This document shows positions 8,601 to 17,928 of a stretch of 64,000 nt of DNA, in pieces. The notes beneath the pieces were generated by a model that was given only the letters and a program-made list of their open reading frames with translations, was not told the DNA's origin and did no database searches. The stretch comes from an uncultured Bacteroidota bacterium (GTDB lineage Bacteria; Bacteroidota; Ignavibacteria; UBA10030; UBA6906). How positions within the stretch are numbered: the first letter of the stretch is position 1; every line of letters starts with the position of its first letter. The stretch lies in the NCBI GenBank assembly GCA_963700635.1, contig CAVOYH010000003.1:544001-608000 (forward strand). Direction: 5' to 3'. The position numbers and the translations under genes are program-made.

Positions 8601-9689
8601 CTACGTCGTCTCCCGGGCGCGTGTTGCAGCGGAACGGTCAAATATTTCTTCCCGGGTTACACCGGCGGCGGCATACATTGCGAAGATATTCTCTGGAGGT
8701 GTCTCGGGAGGAATGGTATGCGAGGCGGCAAGAATATAGCCACCGCCGTCGGCGGTCATGACATCAATCAGCTCACGGGTGACCCGGTACACCTCGCCAG
8801 GGGTTCCTTTGGGCAATAGTTCGATCGTGTCAACACCGCCCATATAACTCAGCGCTGATCCAAAATCCTGTTTGAGAGCAGCGGGGTCCATGCCTTTGCA
8901 ATTATGCTGAATCGGGTTGAGGACACCAATTCCGATTTCAATCAAATCGGGGATAATGTCCCGCATTGCTCCGCAACAATGATAGGCGACCGGCAGGCCG
9001 TGGCGCACGCCAACGTCCACAATGCGGGCCAGATGGGGTTTGATGAGCGCACGCCACTGGCGCGGATTCATGATCAGGCATTCCTGTCCCGCCACATCGT
9101 CGCCTGTCCAGAACCAGTCCAGGGGCAGACCGGAACATGCTGCTTCACCGAGGGCGACCGAAAAGTCTGCAGCGTGTTCAAACATCACGGCAGAAGTATC
9201 AGGCTGAAGGGCAAGGTCTTCTATGGTCTGCTCCATACCACGCACTCTGCACAGAAGCTCAAAAAGACAGGGAGAAATATCACATCCGATAAACCATTCC
9301 GCGGCAAACGGGCGGAGCGGTTCCAGCAGTGCCACAAGTTCAGGGATCGCATCATGAGGGAACCGGTAGGCTCCCGCTTCTCGTGTATCGGCGTGAGCGA
9401 GAGGCGAGTGGAGGACCTGGTTGAATGAGCCTTCCTTGATCCAGGTGATACCCCATGCATCGGTATGAGTCTCCCCGTCGTGTTTGTGAACAATCCCCTC
9501 CATCGCGTAATTATTGCCGACCCATACCTGGCGGATATCATTTCCGAGCACCTCGCCGACAGCAGCCGGCGGAATGCCGAGGTATCCGGCAAGACGGTCA
9601 TTCGTATCAGGGTGGAACCACATAAAGATGGGAACCCGATCGACCGGCCGGCGTCGTAATGCCGCATGCACGCGTGCTTTCGGAGTCAT
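8601..9689 (-). CDS. uroporphyrinogen decarboxylase-like / MtaA-CmuA superfamily protein
   Basis: N-terminal TPKARV..ALRR..VDRVP, RGMEQ, GDDVAGQ, YHCCG, LNPIQ, GGVDT and C-terminal GGGYILAASHTIPPETPPENI. Confidence 0.85.
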   Translation of the reverse strand: MTPKARVHAALRRRPVDRVPIFMWFHPDTNDRLAGYLGIPPAAVGEVLGNDIRQVWVGNNYAMEGIVHKHDGETHTDAWGITWIKEGSFNQVLHSPLAHADTREAGAYRFPHDAIPELVALLEPLRPFAAEWFIGCDISPCLFELLCRVRGMEQTIEDLALQPDTSAVMFEHAADFSVALGEAACSGLPLDWFWTGDDVAGQECLIMNPRQWRALIKPHLARIVDVGVRHGLPVAYHCCGAMRDIIPDLIEIGIGVLNPIQHNCKGMDPAALKQDFGSALSYMGGVDTIELLPKGTPGEVYRVTRELIDVMTADGGGYILAASHTIPPETPPENIFAMYAAAGVTREEIFDRSAATRARETT

Positions 9690-10432
9690 CGTTTGCTGAA
9701 CCGCTCCAGGAAAAGTTGATCGTCCGGTGTCAGGCTATCCTGGCCACCTGTTTCGAGTTTGGCCAGGATACGTTCGAGTTCTGCGCGGTTTACCTCGTGC
9801 AGTGTGTTTCTATCAATACTCTTCCAGCGCTCCAGGTCAGACTTCCTGAACGATACGTCCGGCGGGTGAGGGTGGATTTGCCGGTCACCCACCCTCGCTT
9901 CCCGCAAGCGGAGGAAAATATATCCCCCAAGAAAACCTCCCAGATGGGCAAAATGGGCGATGTTGCCACCGCCGCTGATCCCGCCGAACACTGAAAGTGC
10001 CGTCATCATGACAACGAGCCACCGCGCTTCAATCGGTATGATCCCCCAGATCATGATGTTTTCACGCGGCCAGAAACGCGCAAATGCGAGAAACACGCCA
10101 TACACGGCACCGGAAGCGCCGACAATCGCGGCGTACGGGGTCATGAAGGACAACAACGCCCCTGCTATGCCGCTGACAAAGTACAGATAGAGAAAATCCT
10201 TTCGCCCCATTTCTTCTTCCAGGCGGGGACCAAAAAAGAACAATCCGAGCATGTTGAAGAGGAGATGGAATGTGCCATCGTGAAGAAACATATAACTGGC
10301 CAGGGTCCACGGACGCTCAAGGAGTAACGATGGAACCAGCATTAGATACATGGTGATGGCGGGCTGAATCATGGTCAGCACGTACATCACACAATTTGCG
10401 GCAATGAGGCGCATCGTCCAGGACTGCATCAT
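9686..10432 (-). CDS. rhomboid family intramembrane serine protease
   Basis: PWT..YMFLH, HLLFNM, catalytic GASG and AHFAHLGG. Short C-terminal helical tail (ELERILAKL...G.DSLT). Confidence 0.92.
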   Translation of the reverse strand: MMQSWTMRLIAANCVMYVLTMIQPAITMYLMLVPSLLLERPWTLASYMFLHDGTFHLLFNMLGLFFFGPRLEEEMGRKDFLYLYFVSGIAGALLSFMTPYAAIVGASGAVYGVFLAFARFWPRENIMIWGIIPIEARWLVVMMTALSVFGGISGGGNIAHFAHLGGFLGGYIFLRLREARVGDRQIHPHPPDVSFRKSDLERWKSIDRNTLHEVNRAELERILAKLETGGQDSLTPDDQLFLERFSKR

Positions 10433-12498
10433 CGGACCACCTCGAGTGCCTTTTCAACGGAACGAAGCATTGCGTCAGCTCCGACTTTCGTGCCGACGGC
10501 ATGGTGCATCCAGAGGTCAGGCGCAACGCTGCCGAATGTTGTCATCCGTTCCACCTCCGCGGCAATATTCCCCGCCTTGCTGATATGGTCTTCGACCTGA
10601 TGCGCGATCAAACGGCCCAGCGGATAATCGGGCAGGTAGAGGAAGGAATGAATCATATGGGAGTAGATTCCCAGCAACACGACGTCCTTTTTTCCGAACA
10701 CCGGTGCATAGTACTTGTTCCAGATCTCTCTGGCGATTTCCAGCGTTGCCGTCTTCAACTGCGAAGGGGTTGCCGCGGGATGGTCGTACATCCAATGCCA
10801 GACCGCCATGTCCACAAGCGCAACCCCTGCAATTTCATAGGCCGACCAGAAATCATTCACCGTCTTGAGCGCTGCGGCCTGCGGGTCGTTGTTGCGCAAT
10901 CCAAGCAGATCCAGGTCCTGCGCCTGGAAGACAAACGCTATGGCTTCGGTAAACGCCGTATTGGGAACGCCCTGCAGGAGCGTGTGGTCAACTTCGTGGA
11001 GCGAGAGCACTTGCTCAACATTGTGACCGAGTTCATGAACAGCAATGTTAAACCCTTTATAGTTCATCCCATTTTTTTCGATACGGGTGCGCAGGTATAC
11101 TTTATCCGAACGCATTGCCGCACCCATGGCGTGTCCTGATCCCCGCGCCGCATCAACCTGAATGTTGTTCGCCAGGAACATGGCACGGTCGTTTGAGAAT
11201 CCGAGCTTTTTCAGAATGTCCGGGATACCGCGTTCGAACGCAGCAGCATCGGGGTATTTCGCCGCAACAATCCTGTCGAGTTCCTCTTCCGGGTATTGCC
11301 CCTTCGGCCGGAAACCGTTGTACCAGATGTCAAATGGTTCCAGCGGACGACCCAGCCTGGCCGCGATGAGTGCGCCCACCCGCCGGACAGCACTGGATGA
11401 GACGACCTGTTCCAGCATTGCTTTGAAGCGGGGTTCCGGAATTTCCCTGTTCTCATCAAACCGCCGCGCAATCAGCGTCGGGGCCGCGGGAGAATATGGA
11501 TCGGCTTGTTTTGCGGCAAGAAAAGTGTTCAGGAGAACGGCATACCGGGTGTCGGGCTCCGCCGCTCCCGAGACCGGCAAGGATTGTTTTGCCGGCACAT
11601 CGCCGTCGTGCACAGGTGAAGCCATAACGGTGTTTGTGAACGGATTCCAGTCGACATAGGGATTGTTCACTACGGCGCCGGGGATAGTCTGCAATACGAT
11701 ATGTTCCATCACCTTCTGGATCAATCGTTGCCGTTCGAGCCCCTCGTTTCCTCCGCGGTAGTCGGCCTTGATCTGATCGCGGAGGTTCCAGTGCGACAGC
11801 AGTCGCATTCCGGCCGGAAACGGGCGCTGCCCGCGGTTGTCCAGCAGGTGATGCATCCAGATATTGTACTCTGCGATATACTGGTCGGACTCAGCACCGG
11901 CACGGGCAATGGCGAGGTTCACGGAAGCAGGGACACGTTTTCCGAACCGTTGTGCCAGCCGCGCTTCAGCCCACTGTCGGCGTGTCCACCCGCCACCCTC
12001 TGCCAACCGCTGTTCGAGTGTTGTGAGTGGGAAATTTAGCAGGACCGTAAACGCCAATTTGTTCGCAAAAAAATCGTCAGCAACGTGTGCCGCCGGATCG
12101 TATCCGGCAAACACTTCATCAAAGGGCAGGATGGGGCCGAGCTCGAGGTCTGCTTGCCTCCGGAACTCCCGCCCGACCGCGGTCGTATGTCCATCCAGCA
12201 CCTCAAGTAACCGTTCGAATCTGAATAACATGCTGTCGAGTGTCACCTGGTCACCGGCGAAGTGTCGGCGAACAAATACCGCGTATGCTTCCGCATCACC
12301 ATCAGCCGGTTGCCACAACCGGGCGACCTGATTGAGTCCCTGCTGAACGCGTCCGCGTTGGGCTTCACCGTATGTCGCGACCAGCTCTTTTTCCAGTTCC
12401 GTCTGTGTCGTTGCTGTAATGGCATCTTGAGCATAGGTTGTCATCATCCCTCCTGCCAAACCGATAAAGAGCGCCAGTCTGCCCCAGAACCGCACCAT
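10429..12498 (-). CDS. secreted gluzincin-like zinc metallopeptidase (M2/M3/M32-like), uncharacterised family
   Basis: Start ATG 12498 with a GGAGG SD and a signal peptide (...TYA|QDA). HELGH is followed about 25 aa later by PNTAFTEAI. C-terminal HMIHSFLYLPDY. Confidence 0.65.
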   Translation of the reverse strand: MVRFWGRLALFIGLAGGMMTTYAQDAITATTQTELEKELVATYGEAQRGRVQQGLNQVARLWQPADGDAEAYAVFVRRHFAGDQVTLDSMLFRFERLLEVLDGHTTAVGREFRRQADLELGPILPFDEVFAGYDPAAHVADDFFANKLAFTVLLNFPLTTLEQRLAEGGGWTRRQWAEARLAQRFGKRVPASVNLAIARAGAESDQYIAEYNIWMHHLLDNRGQRPFPAGMRLLSHWNLRDQIKADYRGGNEGLERQRLIQKVMEHIVLQTIPGAVVNNPYVDWNPFTNTVMASPVHDGDVPAKQSLPVSGAAEPDTRYAVLLNTFLAAKQADPYSPAAPTLIARRFDENREIPEPRFKAMLEQVVSSSAVRRVGALIAARLGRPLEPFDIWYNGFRPKGQYPEEELDRIVAAKYPDAAAFERGIPDILKKLGFSNDRAMFLANNIQVDAARGSGHAMGAAMRSDKVYLRTRIEKNGMNYKGFNIAVHELGHNVEQVLSLHEVDHTLLQGVPNTAFTEAIAFVFQAQDLDLLGLRNNDPQAAALKTVNDFWSAYEIAGVALVDMAVWHWMYDHPAATPSQLKTATLEIAREIWNKYYAPVFGKKDVVLLGIYSHMIHSFLYLPDYPLGRLIAHQVEDHISKAGNIAAEVERMTTFGSVAPDLWMHHAVGTKVGADAMLRSVEKALEVVR

Positions 12499-12532
12499 AT
12501 GACCTCCATGGATACTGCCTGACATGTACGAT

Positions 12533-13045
12533 TTATTGATTACTTTTTTTTGTGTTGCCCGAACGGGCCTGAAAGAATATTCCCGCGCCCAGAAGGGCAA
12601 AGAACAGAATGGTGCCCAGCCCGGCCTGAACTTCAAGTCCGTTCACCACGAGAAAAGCACCGAACACCGATGAGAGCACTATGAGTGCCCATTTGAGAAT
12701 AAAGAATGCGAGGAGAATCCCGACGGCGGCACAAATGCCCACGGTAATCCAGGGAAACCCCGGCTGCTCCCAGCCGTACTGGGCAGCAAGGAGATACCCG
12801 ATATAACCGCCGCCGAGAAGTCCGGCTACAGCCACGGCTACTTTCTGAATAAAGAACGCAAGAAAGACTCCGATCACTCCACCTGCCAGGGCAACTCCAA
12901 AAAGAACCCCCGCCGGTGAATTCTCAAAAAACCGCGTCACGACGTGAAGCCCTGCAAAGAACCCGATCGCTCCCAGGAAAAGGGCAAGCCCCTTACGCCC
13001 AAACGCAAGTAATGCAACACCGACGACGATTTGAATGATCTGCAT
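12533..13045 (-). CDS. small Gly-rich polytopic membrane protein (DUF4203/TMEM198-like)
   Basis: 170 aa, almost entirely 6-7 hydrophobic Gly-rich helices. Begins G.ALLAFG.K and ends GIFFQ. Confidence 0.65.
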   Translation of the reverse strand: MQIIQIVVGVALLAFGRKGLALFLGAIGFFAGLHVVTRFFENSPAGVLFGVALAGGVIGVFLAFFIQKVAVAVAGLLGGGYIGYLLAAQYGWEQPGFPWITVGICAAVGILLAFFILKWALIVLSSVFGAFLVVNGLEVQAGLGTILFFALLGAGIFFQARSGNTKKSNQ

Positions 13046-13098
13046 CTAGGAGTTCCTTGTGTCCGCGGACTCTCACCGCAATGTGTTCCACTCTCCTC

Positions 13099-13132
13099 AA
13101 AAAAAATGTGCTCTCAGCAGCGTCCTGTGAGC
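13099..13132 (-). terminator. possible weak intrinsic terminator after the FadF-like gene
   Basis: Minus strand CTCACAG-GACG-CTG(C)TGAG bulged stem, followed a few nt later by a T8 tract (A8 at 13099-13106). Confidence 0.3.
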
Positions 13133-13138
13133 CCGATG

Positions 13139-15148
13139 TCACCCCGGGTGGGGGTGTTCAATGGCCTCCAGGAGAAGCTCTGCAATATCTTTGATTTCCA
13201 CCTTATCACCGGCATCTTTTTCCTTCACACCATCCGTTAGCATGGTCAAGCAGAAGGGGCAGCCGGTGCCTATCACATCGGGTTGTAATGCAAGCGCCTC
13301 TTCGGTCCGCTCGATGTTCACCCGCTTTCCTTCCCGTTCCTCCATCCACATACGTCCGCCACCGGCGCCGCAGCAGAAACTCCGGTCGCGCGACCTGGGC
13401 ATTTCCACAGGCGCGTTGCCATTAAGCGATGCCAGAATATCCCTCGGGGCATCATACTCATCATGGTACCGGCCGAGGTAACAGGGATCATGGAACGTCA
13501 GTACTGACTGCCGTTCCGTACTGATACGAAGTTTTCCGTCCGCGATCAAATCCCGGAGTAGTGTCGAGTGATGGATGACCTCATAATCTCCCCCGAATTG
13601 TTTGTACTCTTTGCCGAGCGACTGCAGGCAGTGCGGACAGGTGACCACAATACGTTTCACACCGTATCCGTTCAGCGTGGCGATGTTCTCGGTCATCAGG
13701 GTCTGCGCAAGATATTCGTTGCCCATCCGGCGCGCGGGATCACCGTTACATTTTTCCTCCGTTCCCAGGATGGCGAATTGTACACCTGCAATGTTCAGCA
13801 GCTGCACGAATGCGCGGGCGACCTTTTGATACCGTGCATCATAAGATCCCGCACATCCCACCCAGAAGAGAAGATCCGTGGTCTTCACATCGGCCAGCAG
13901 CGGCACATCGAGCCCCTGGGCCCAGTCTGCCCGCGTTGAATGACCGAATGCCCATGGGGTGTAATTACGTTCGAGGTTTGAGAACACAACCTTGAGTTCA
14001 TCGGGGAACCGCGATTCGTTCAGCACGAGACCGCGGCGCATATCCACAATCGCTTCCACATGTTCGATCATCACCGGGCACTCCTGTACGCACGCCATGC
14101 AGGTCGTGCACGCCCACAATTCCTGCTCGGTGATGTAGTTATCCAGCAGCTGATTCCCGAGGGGGGATTCACCTTCCCCCTGCCCTGTCGTCGGCAGAAG
14201 AAACGGAGCTTTCTCCATGGTACGCGTCCGCATATCCACGAAGATCTTCTTCGGATTCAGGAGTTTCCCCGTAATGTTAGCCGGACACGAAGCCGTACAC
14301 CGTCCGCACTCTGTGCAGGTATAGCTGTTCAACAATTGTTTCCAGCTGAAGTCCTCAATATCTGTTGCACCAAATTTTGTGGCTGTTTCGTCGGCCAGAT
14401 TGATCGGTTTCAGGGCACCCCGCGGACCGAGGTCTGAAAAATAGACGTTGGGAATTGACGTGAGCACATGAAGATGTTTCGAGTAGGGCAGATAATTGAG
14501 AAAACCCAGCACCGCAATCATGTGTGCCCAGAGAAACACGGCGTACCAGACTGTCACTCCACCCGGGTCCGCGCCGTCGAAAAGGCCGGCAATCACCACG
14601 GAGAGAAACCGTGCGTTGTCGGTCGCCGCCGGATGCACAATCGTGCGAAGTGCATTCTGACCGAACATGGTGAGCATCACCGTAAGAATCAGGCCGAGGA
14701 TCAGTACGGCGTCCCATCGGGAGTGACCTTCGACCTGTAACCGTTTTGGGGGTGTAACAAGGCGCCGGAACATGGAGACCAGAACCGCAATCACAACCAG
14801 CATCCCAACCAGATCCTGGAGAAACGCGAGAGGGGGATAGAGTGGTCCAAGGAACGCAAACGAGAAGCCCGGGACCAACCCCTCCCCGATGGATTCCAGA
14901 ACTGCTGTGAGCAGCACAACAAAACCCCAGAAGATAAGGAAATGGAGCATCCCGGCAAGCGGCTCGCGCAGAAGTTTTGTCTGGCCAAATGCGATCCTGG
15001 CCACACGGGCAAGGCGTTGGCTCACCCGGTCAAATCGGTTTTCACTCTTCCCGACTTGGAGATATCCTATCAGACGCACGACATTCCGCCCGAAGAGCGT
15101 TAGTGCGGCAGCAAGCAGAACCCCGAAAAGAATGGGTTGAAAGGACAT
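13139..15148 (-). CDS. FadF-like membrane Fe-S oxidoreductase (heterodisulfide-reductase related; NarI-like TM + 4Fe-4S dicluster + CCG domains)
   Basis: N-terminal TM helices with H.LIFWGF and YSKHLH. CTECGRCTASCP and CTTCMACVQECP clusters. VGCAG, CNGDP, TCPHC, HDPCYLGR, FCCGAGG and GCPFC. Confidence 0.9.
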   Translation of the reverse strand: MSFQPILFGVLLAAALTLFGRNVVRLIGYLQVGKSENRFDRVSQRLARVARIAFGQTKLLREPLAGMLHFLIFWGFVVLLTAVLESIGEGLVPGFSFAFLGPLYPPLAFLQDLVGMLVVIAVLVSMFRRLVTPPKRLQVEGHSRWDAVLILGLILTVMLTMFGQNALRTIVHPAATDNARFLSVVIAGLFDGADPGGVTVWYAVFLWAHMIAVLGFLNYLPYSKHLHVLTSIPNVYFSDLGPRGALKPINLADETATKFGATDIEDFSWKQLLNSYTCTECGRCTASCPANITGKLLNPKKIFVDMRTRTMEKAPFLLPTTGQGEGESPLGNQLLDNYITEQELWACTTCMACVQECPVMIEHVEAIVDMRRGLVLNESRFPDELKVVFSNLERNYTPWAFGHSTRADWAQGLDVPLLADVKTTDLLFWVGCAGSYDARYQKVARAFVQLLNIAGVQFAILGTEEKCNGDPARRMGNEYLAQTLMTENIATLNGYGVKRIVVTCPHCLQSLGKEYKQFGGDYEVIHHSTLLRDLIADGKLRISTERQSVLTFHDPCYLGRYHDEYDAPRDILASLNGNAPVEMPRSRDRSFCCGAGGGRMWMEEREGKRVNIERTEEALALQPDVIGTGCPFCLTMLTDGVKEKDAGDKVEIKDIAELLLEAIEHPHPG

Positions 15149-15170
15149 GAGCTATTCTCCTGAGTAGTTG

Positions 15171-15986
15171 CTAAGCACCCCTCACCCTGGCCCCGCAAAG
15201 CATCGTTCCTTCTTTCACATAGACCAGTATCCCCTCCTGCACAAAGAAGGATTCCATAACAGGTCCTCTGGCATGGTGTGCCAGTGTGGCATCATGGACA
15301 ATTTTTCCCGTCCTCTGATCGGCGACCAGAAGAGCATGGTCCAGCGAATCGCCTCTCAATCTCTTCCGGCGGATGGCCGCTGACACAAAAAGAAACGGCG
15401 GCTGGTCGAGCAGTTCCGCGGTTCCGGAAATCCGATCCGGGTCCCACCGTTTGAGAACAACAGCACCAGCTGGATGCGTCGAAAGCTGTTCGACACTCAC
15501 TGCGTCCGGGAACGCGACATCTTCCCACCACGGACGGCCTGCCGGAGAAACCGGGTCGTGCATAGTGGTATCGGAGAGGATGTCCCCGTTACGGCTATGG
15601 ACAACGAGGGTTCCCTGGCCGGACCGATGGTCACCACGCACGATCAACTGATCACCATTGACACCTTCAAGGGTCCAGGCGGAATTGGACCAGAGCACTT
15701 TTCCGAGCGGGATGTCCACGACGGTAATGCCCTGGTGCACGGGAAGGTCGGGAGAGGCAAAGCCGTGAACAAACAACAGATCCCCTTCCACGCGGTCGAT
15801 TCCCGTCCACCATTGTTCCTGCGCACCAAGCCGCTTCCAGAGAACCGTTCCGGAGGGAAACTCCAGGGCAAAAAAAGTGACGGTGCGTTTTTTGAGATCC
15901 CGCTCTTCTCCGATGATTCGTCCGGACACCGCAGGGTGCACACGCCAGATGGCCCCTCCGGGCGCAAATGTCCAGGAGCGCTTCAC
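15171..15986 (-). CDS. DUF4905-like hypothetical protein
   Basis: GTG start overlapping the rdgB stop. EERD...TV.FF, WWTGI, P.HQGI...G.VLW and C-terminal ESFFV..G.LVYVK pattern recalled for DUF4905. Confidence 0.6.
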   Translation of the reverse strand: MKRSWTFAPGGAIWRVHPAVSGRIIGEERDLKKRTVTFFALEFPSGTVLWKRLGAQEQWWTGIDRVEGDLLFVHGFASPDLPVHQGITVVDIPLGKVLWSNSAWTLEGVNGDQLIVRGDHRSGQGTLVVHSRNGDILSDTTMHDPVSPAGRPWWEDVAFPDAVSVEQLSTHPAGAVVLKRWDPDRISGTAELLDQPPFLFVSAAIRRKRLRGDSLDHALLVADQRTGKIVHDATLAHHARGPVMESFFVQEGILVYVKEGTMLCGARVRGA

Positions 15987-16579
15987 CAGCCCGTACTCCG
16001 CAGATATGCTTTCAGCGCCATAAGCGCACGGGCGCGGTGGCTGAGCGTATTCTTGAGGGTAAGATCCATCTCGCCAAATGTTGTGTCATGTCCGTCAGGA
16101 CGGAAGACCGGATCATACCCGAACCCGCGGGAGCCGCGCGGGTGTTCGACAATAACCCCACGGCAAACACCTTCAACAACATGATGGGTCCGTTCATTCT
16201 GAACGAACGCGATGGCACAGCGGAACTGTGCTGCACGCCGCCGGGCAGGAACGCCGCGCATGAGGCGGAGGAGTTTGGTACAGTTCTCCGCGTACGTTGC
16301 CTCCGGCCCCGCGAAGCGTGAGGAGTATACGCCGGGTTGGTCGTTCAGATAATGGACTTCCAGTCCGGTGTCGTCCCCGATGGATGGAATTCCCGTACGC
16401 TGGAATGCCTCCATAGCCTTTTTTAATGCGTTTCCTTCAAGAGTGTCCGCGTCTTCGATCGTCGGAGGATATGGAGGATAGTCACCCGGCAAGGTTAGTT
16501 GAATCGGAAGCTCCGCCAGGAGCTCACGGACTTCAATCGCTTTGTCAGGGTTGTTCGATGCCAGGAGGAGTGTTTTCAT
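15983..16579 (-). CDS. rdgB: non-canonical purine NTP pyrophosphatase (RdgB/HAM1)
   Basis: LASNN.DK..E, TLEGNALKKA, DDTGLEV, PGVYSSRFAG, GFGYDPVF and SHRARAL. Confidence 0.95.
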   Translation of the reverse strand: MKTLLLASNNPDKAIEVRELLAELPIQLTLPGDYPPYPPTIEDADTLEGNALKKAMEAFQRTGIPSIGDDTGLEVHYLNDQPGVYSSRFAGPEATYAENCTKLLRLMRGVPARRRAAQFRCAIAFVQNERTHHVVEGVCRGVIVEHPRGSRGFGYDPVFRPDGHDTTFGEMDLTLKNTLSHRARALMALKAYLRSTGW

Positions 16580-17928
16580 CGGATCTCTGCTCGGCTGAGA
16601 AGTGCGGGGAGTTGGGCGTGCGCATCCTGTCGTGTTCGTTCCACATTAATCGTCGTGTGGAAACCGTTCCGGTAGACCCAGACGCCGTCTGCCATCACAG
16701 CGTGGACGTTTTCGGGCCCGGCGGAATGGACAATGCTGACTGCGAGGTCATCCGGCGACAGTGAGGGGGGTGTATTCCACAATCGAGACAGGTCAAGGAG
16801 GACCAGGTCTGCCCGTTTGCCGGCTTCGAGACTTCCAATCTCCTTGTCCAGCCCCAGCGCTTCAGCGCCCCCGATGGTGGCCATCCGGAAAACGGTTCGT
16901 GCAGGCATTGATGTCGGTCCGTGAACCGGTTTCTGGATCAGCGCCGCCAGCCGCATCTCCTGAAACATATTTAATGTGTTGTTGCAGGGAGCGCCATCGG
17001 CGCCCAGCGACACCTGGATTCCGCGTGCCAGATAACGCGGAATTGCAGCAATACCGGATCCAAGTTTCAGGTTGGACGACGGACAGTGCAGGATCTTTGC
17101 CTGATGTTGCGCCATCAGGTCAATCTCACGATCATTCAGCCAGATACCATGCGCAAGACAGGTGGCGTGATTGAGTATTCCCAGGGCCCCGAAGTATTCC
17201 ACGTTGTCCATACCGCAGCGGGCGCGGACGGCATCCAGTTCATGCCGGTTTTCCGAAGCGTGTGTATGGAAGAGCATCCCGGGGAAAGAACGGGTCATGG
17301 CATGCGCTTCCCGTAACAGCGGTTCGCTGCAAGAGAGGACGAACCGCGGAGCGACGGCATACCGGATCCGGCCACCCGCACTTCCGTGCCATTGTTCCGC
17401 CTGTCGTAGTGTGGAATCCAGTGCGTCTTTCGTGCTTTCACGGAGCGGTGGATGGAGTTCATTCATATCCATCATGGCCTTGCCAAGAAACGCACGGATG
17501 CCCGATTCCGTCACTGCGCGAACGACTTCTTCTTCGTGATGGACGCTTCCCATATCCATGATCGTCGTCGTTCCGGACCGGATGAGCTCGGCCAGCCCGA
17601 TGCGCGCAGAGGCGTACATGGATGCCGCGGAGTGCGCCGCCTCAAGGGGAAAAATCCGTTGTCGCAGCCAGTCGAGCAGTTCAACATCTTCTGCCAGACC
17701 ACGGAACAGCGTCTGGCAAAGATGGATGTGGGTGTGCACAAACCCGGGAATGGCCACCATGTTCTTCGCATCCACAATCGTCCGGTTATCATCGGGGAGC
17801 AACTGTAGATCTTCGGCCGTCATGACACGTTCGATGATGCTCCCGTTGACGAGCAGGGCTCCGTCGGTAATGACGGAATCAAACGCATCAGCGGTGACAA
17901 TGGCACCGGGTTTGATCAATGTTCGCAT
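16576..17928 (-). CDS. 5'-deoxyadenosine/MTA-SAH deaminase-like amidohydrolase
   Basis: PGFVHTHIHLCQTLFRGLAED, HTHASE, AHGIWL, HCPSSNLKLGSG, LGADGAPCNN and GSLEAGKRAD. Confidence 0.85.
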   Translation of the reverse strand: MRTLIKPGAIVTADAFDSVITDGALLVNGSIIERVMTAEDLQLLPDDNRTIVDAKNMVAIPGFVHTHIHLCQTLFRGLAEDVELLDWLRQRIFPLEAAHSAASMYASARIGLAELIRSGTTTIMDMGSVHHEEEVVRAVTESGIRAFLGKAMMDMNELHPPLRESTKDALDSTLRQAEQWHGSAGGRIRYAVAPRFVLSCSEPLLREAHAMTRSFPGMLFHTHASENRHELDAVRARCGMDNVEYFGALGILNHATCLAHGIWLNDREIDLMAQHQAKILHCPSSNLKLGSGIAAIPRYLARGIQVSLGADGAPCNNTLNMFQEMRLAALIQKPVHGPTSMPARTVFRMATIGGAEALGLDKEIGSLEAGKRADLVLLDLSRLWNTPPSLSPDDLAVSIVHSAGPENVHAVMADGVWVYRNGFHTTINVERTRQDAHAQLPALLSRAEIR

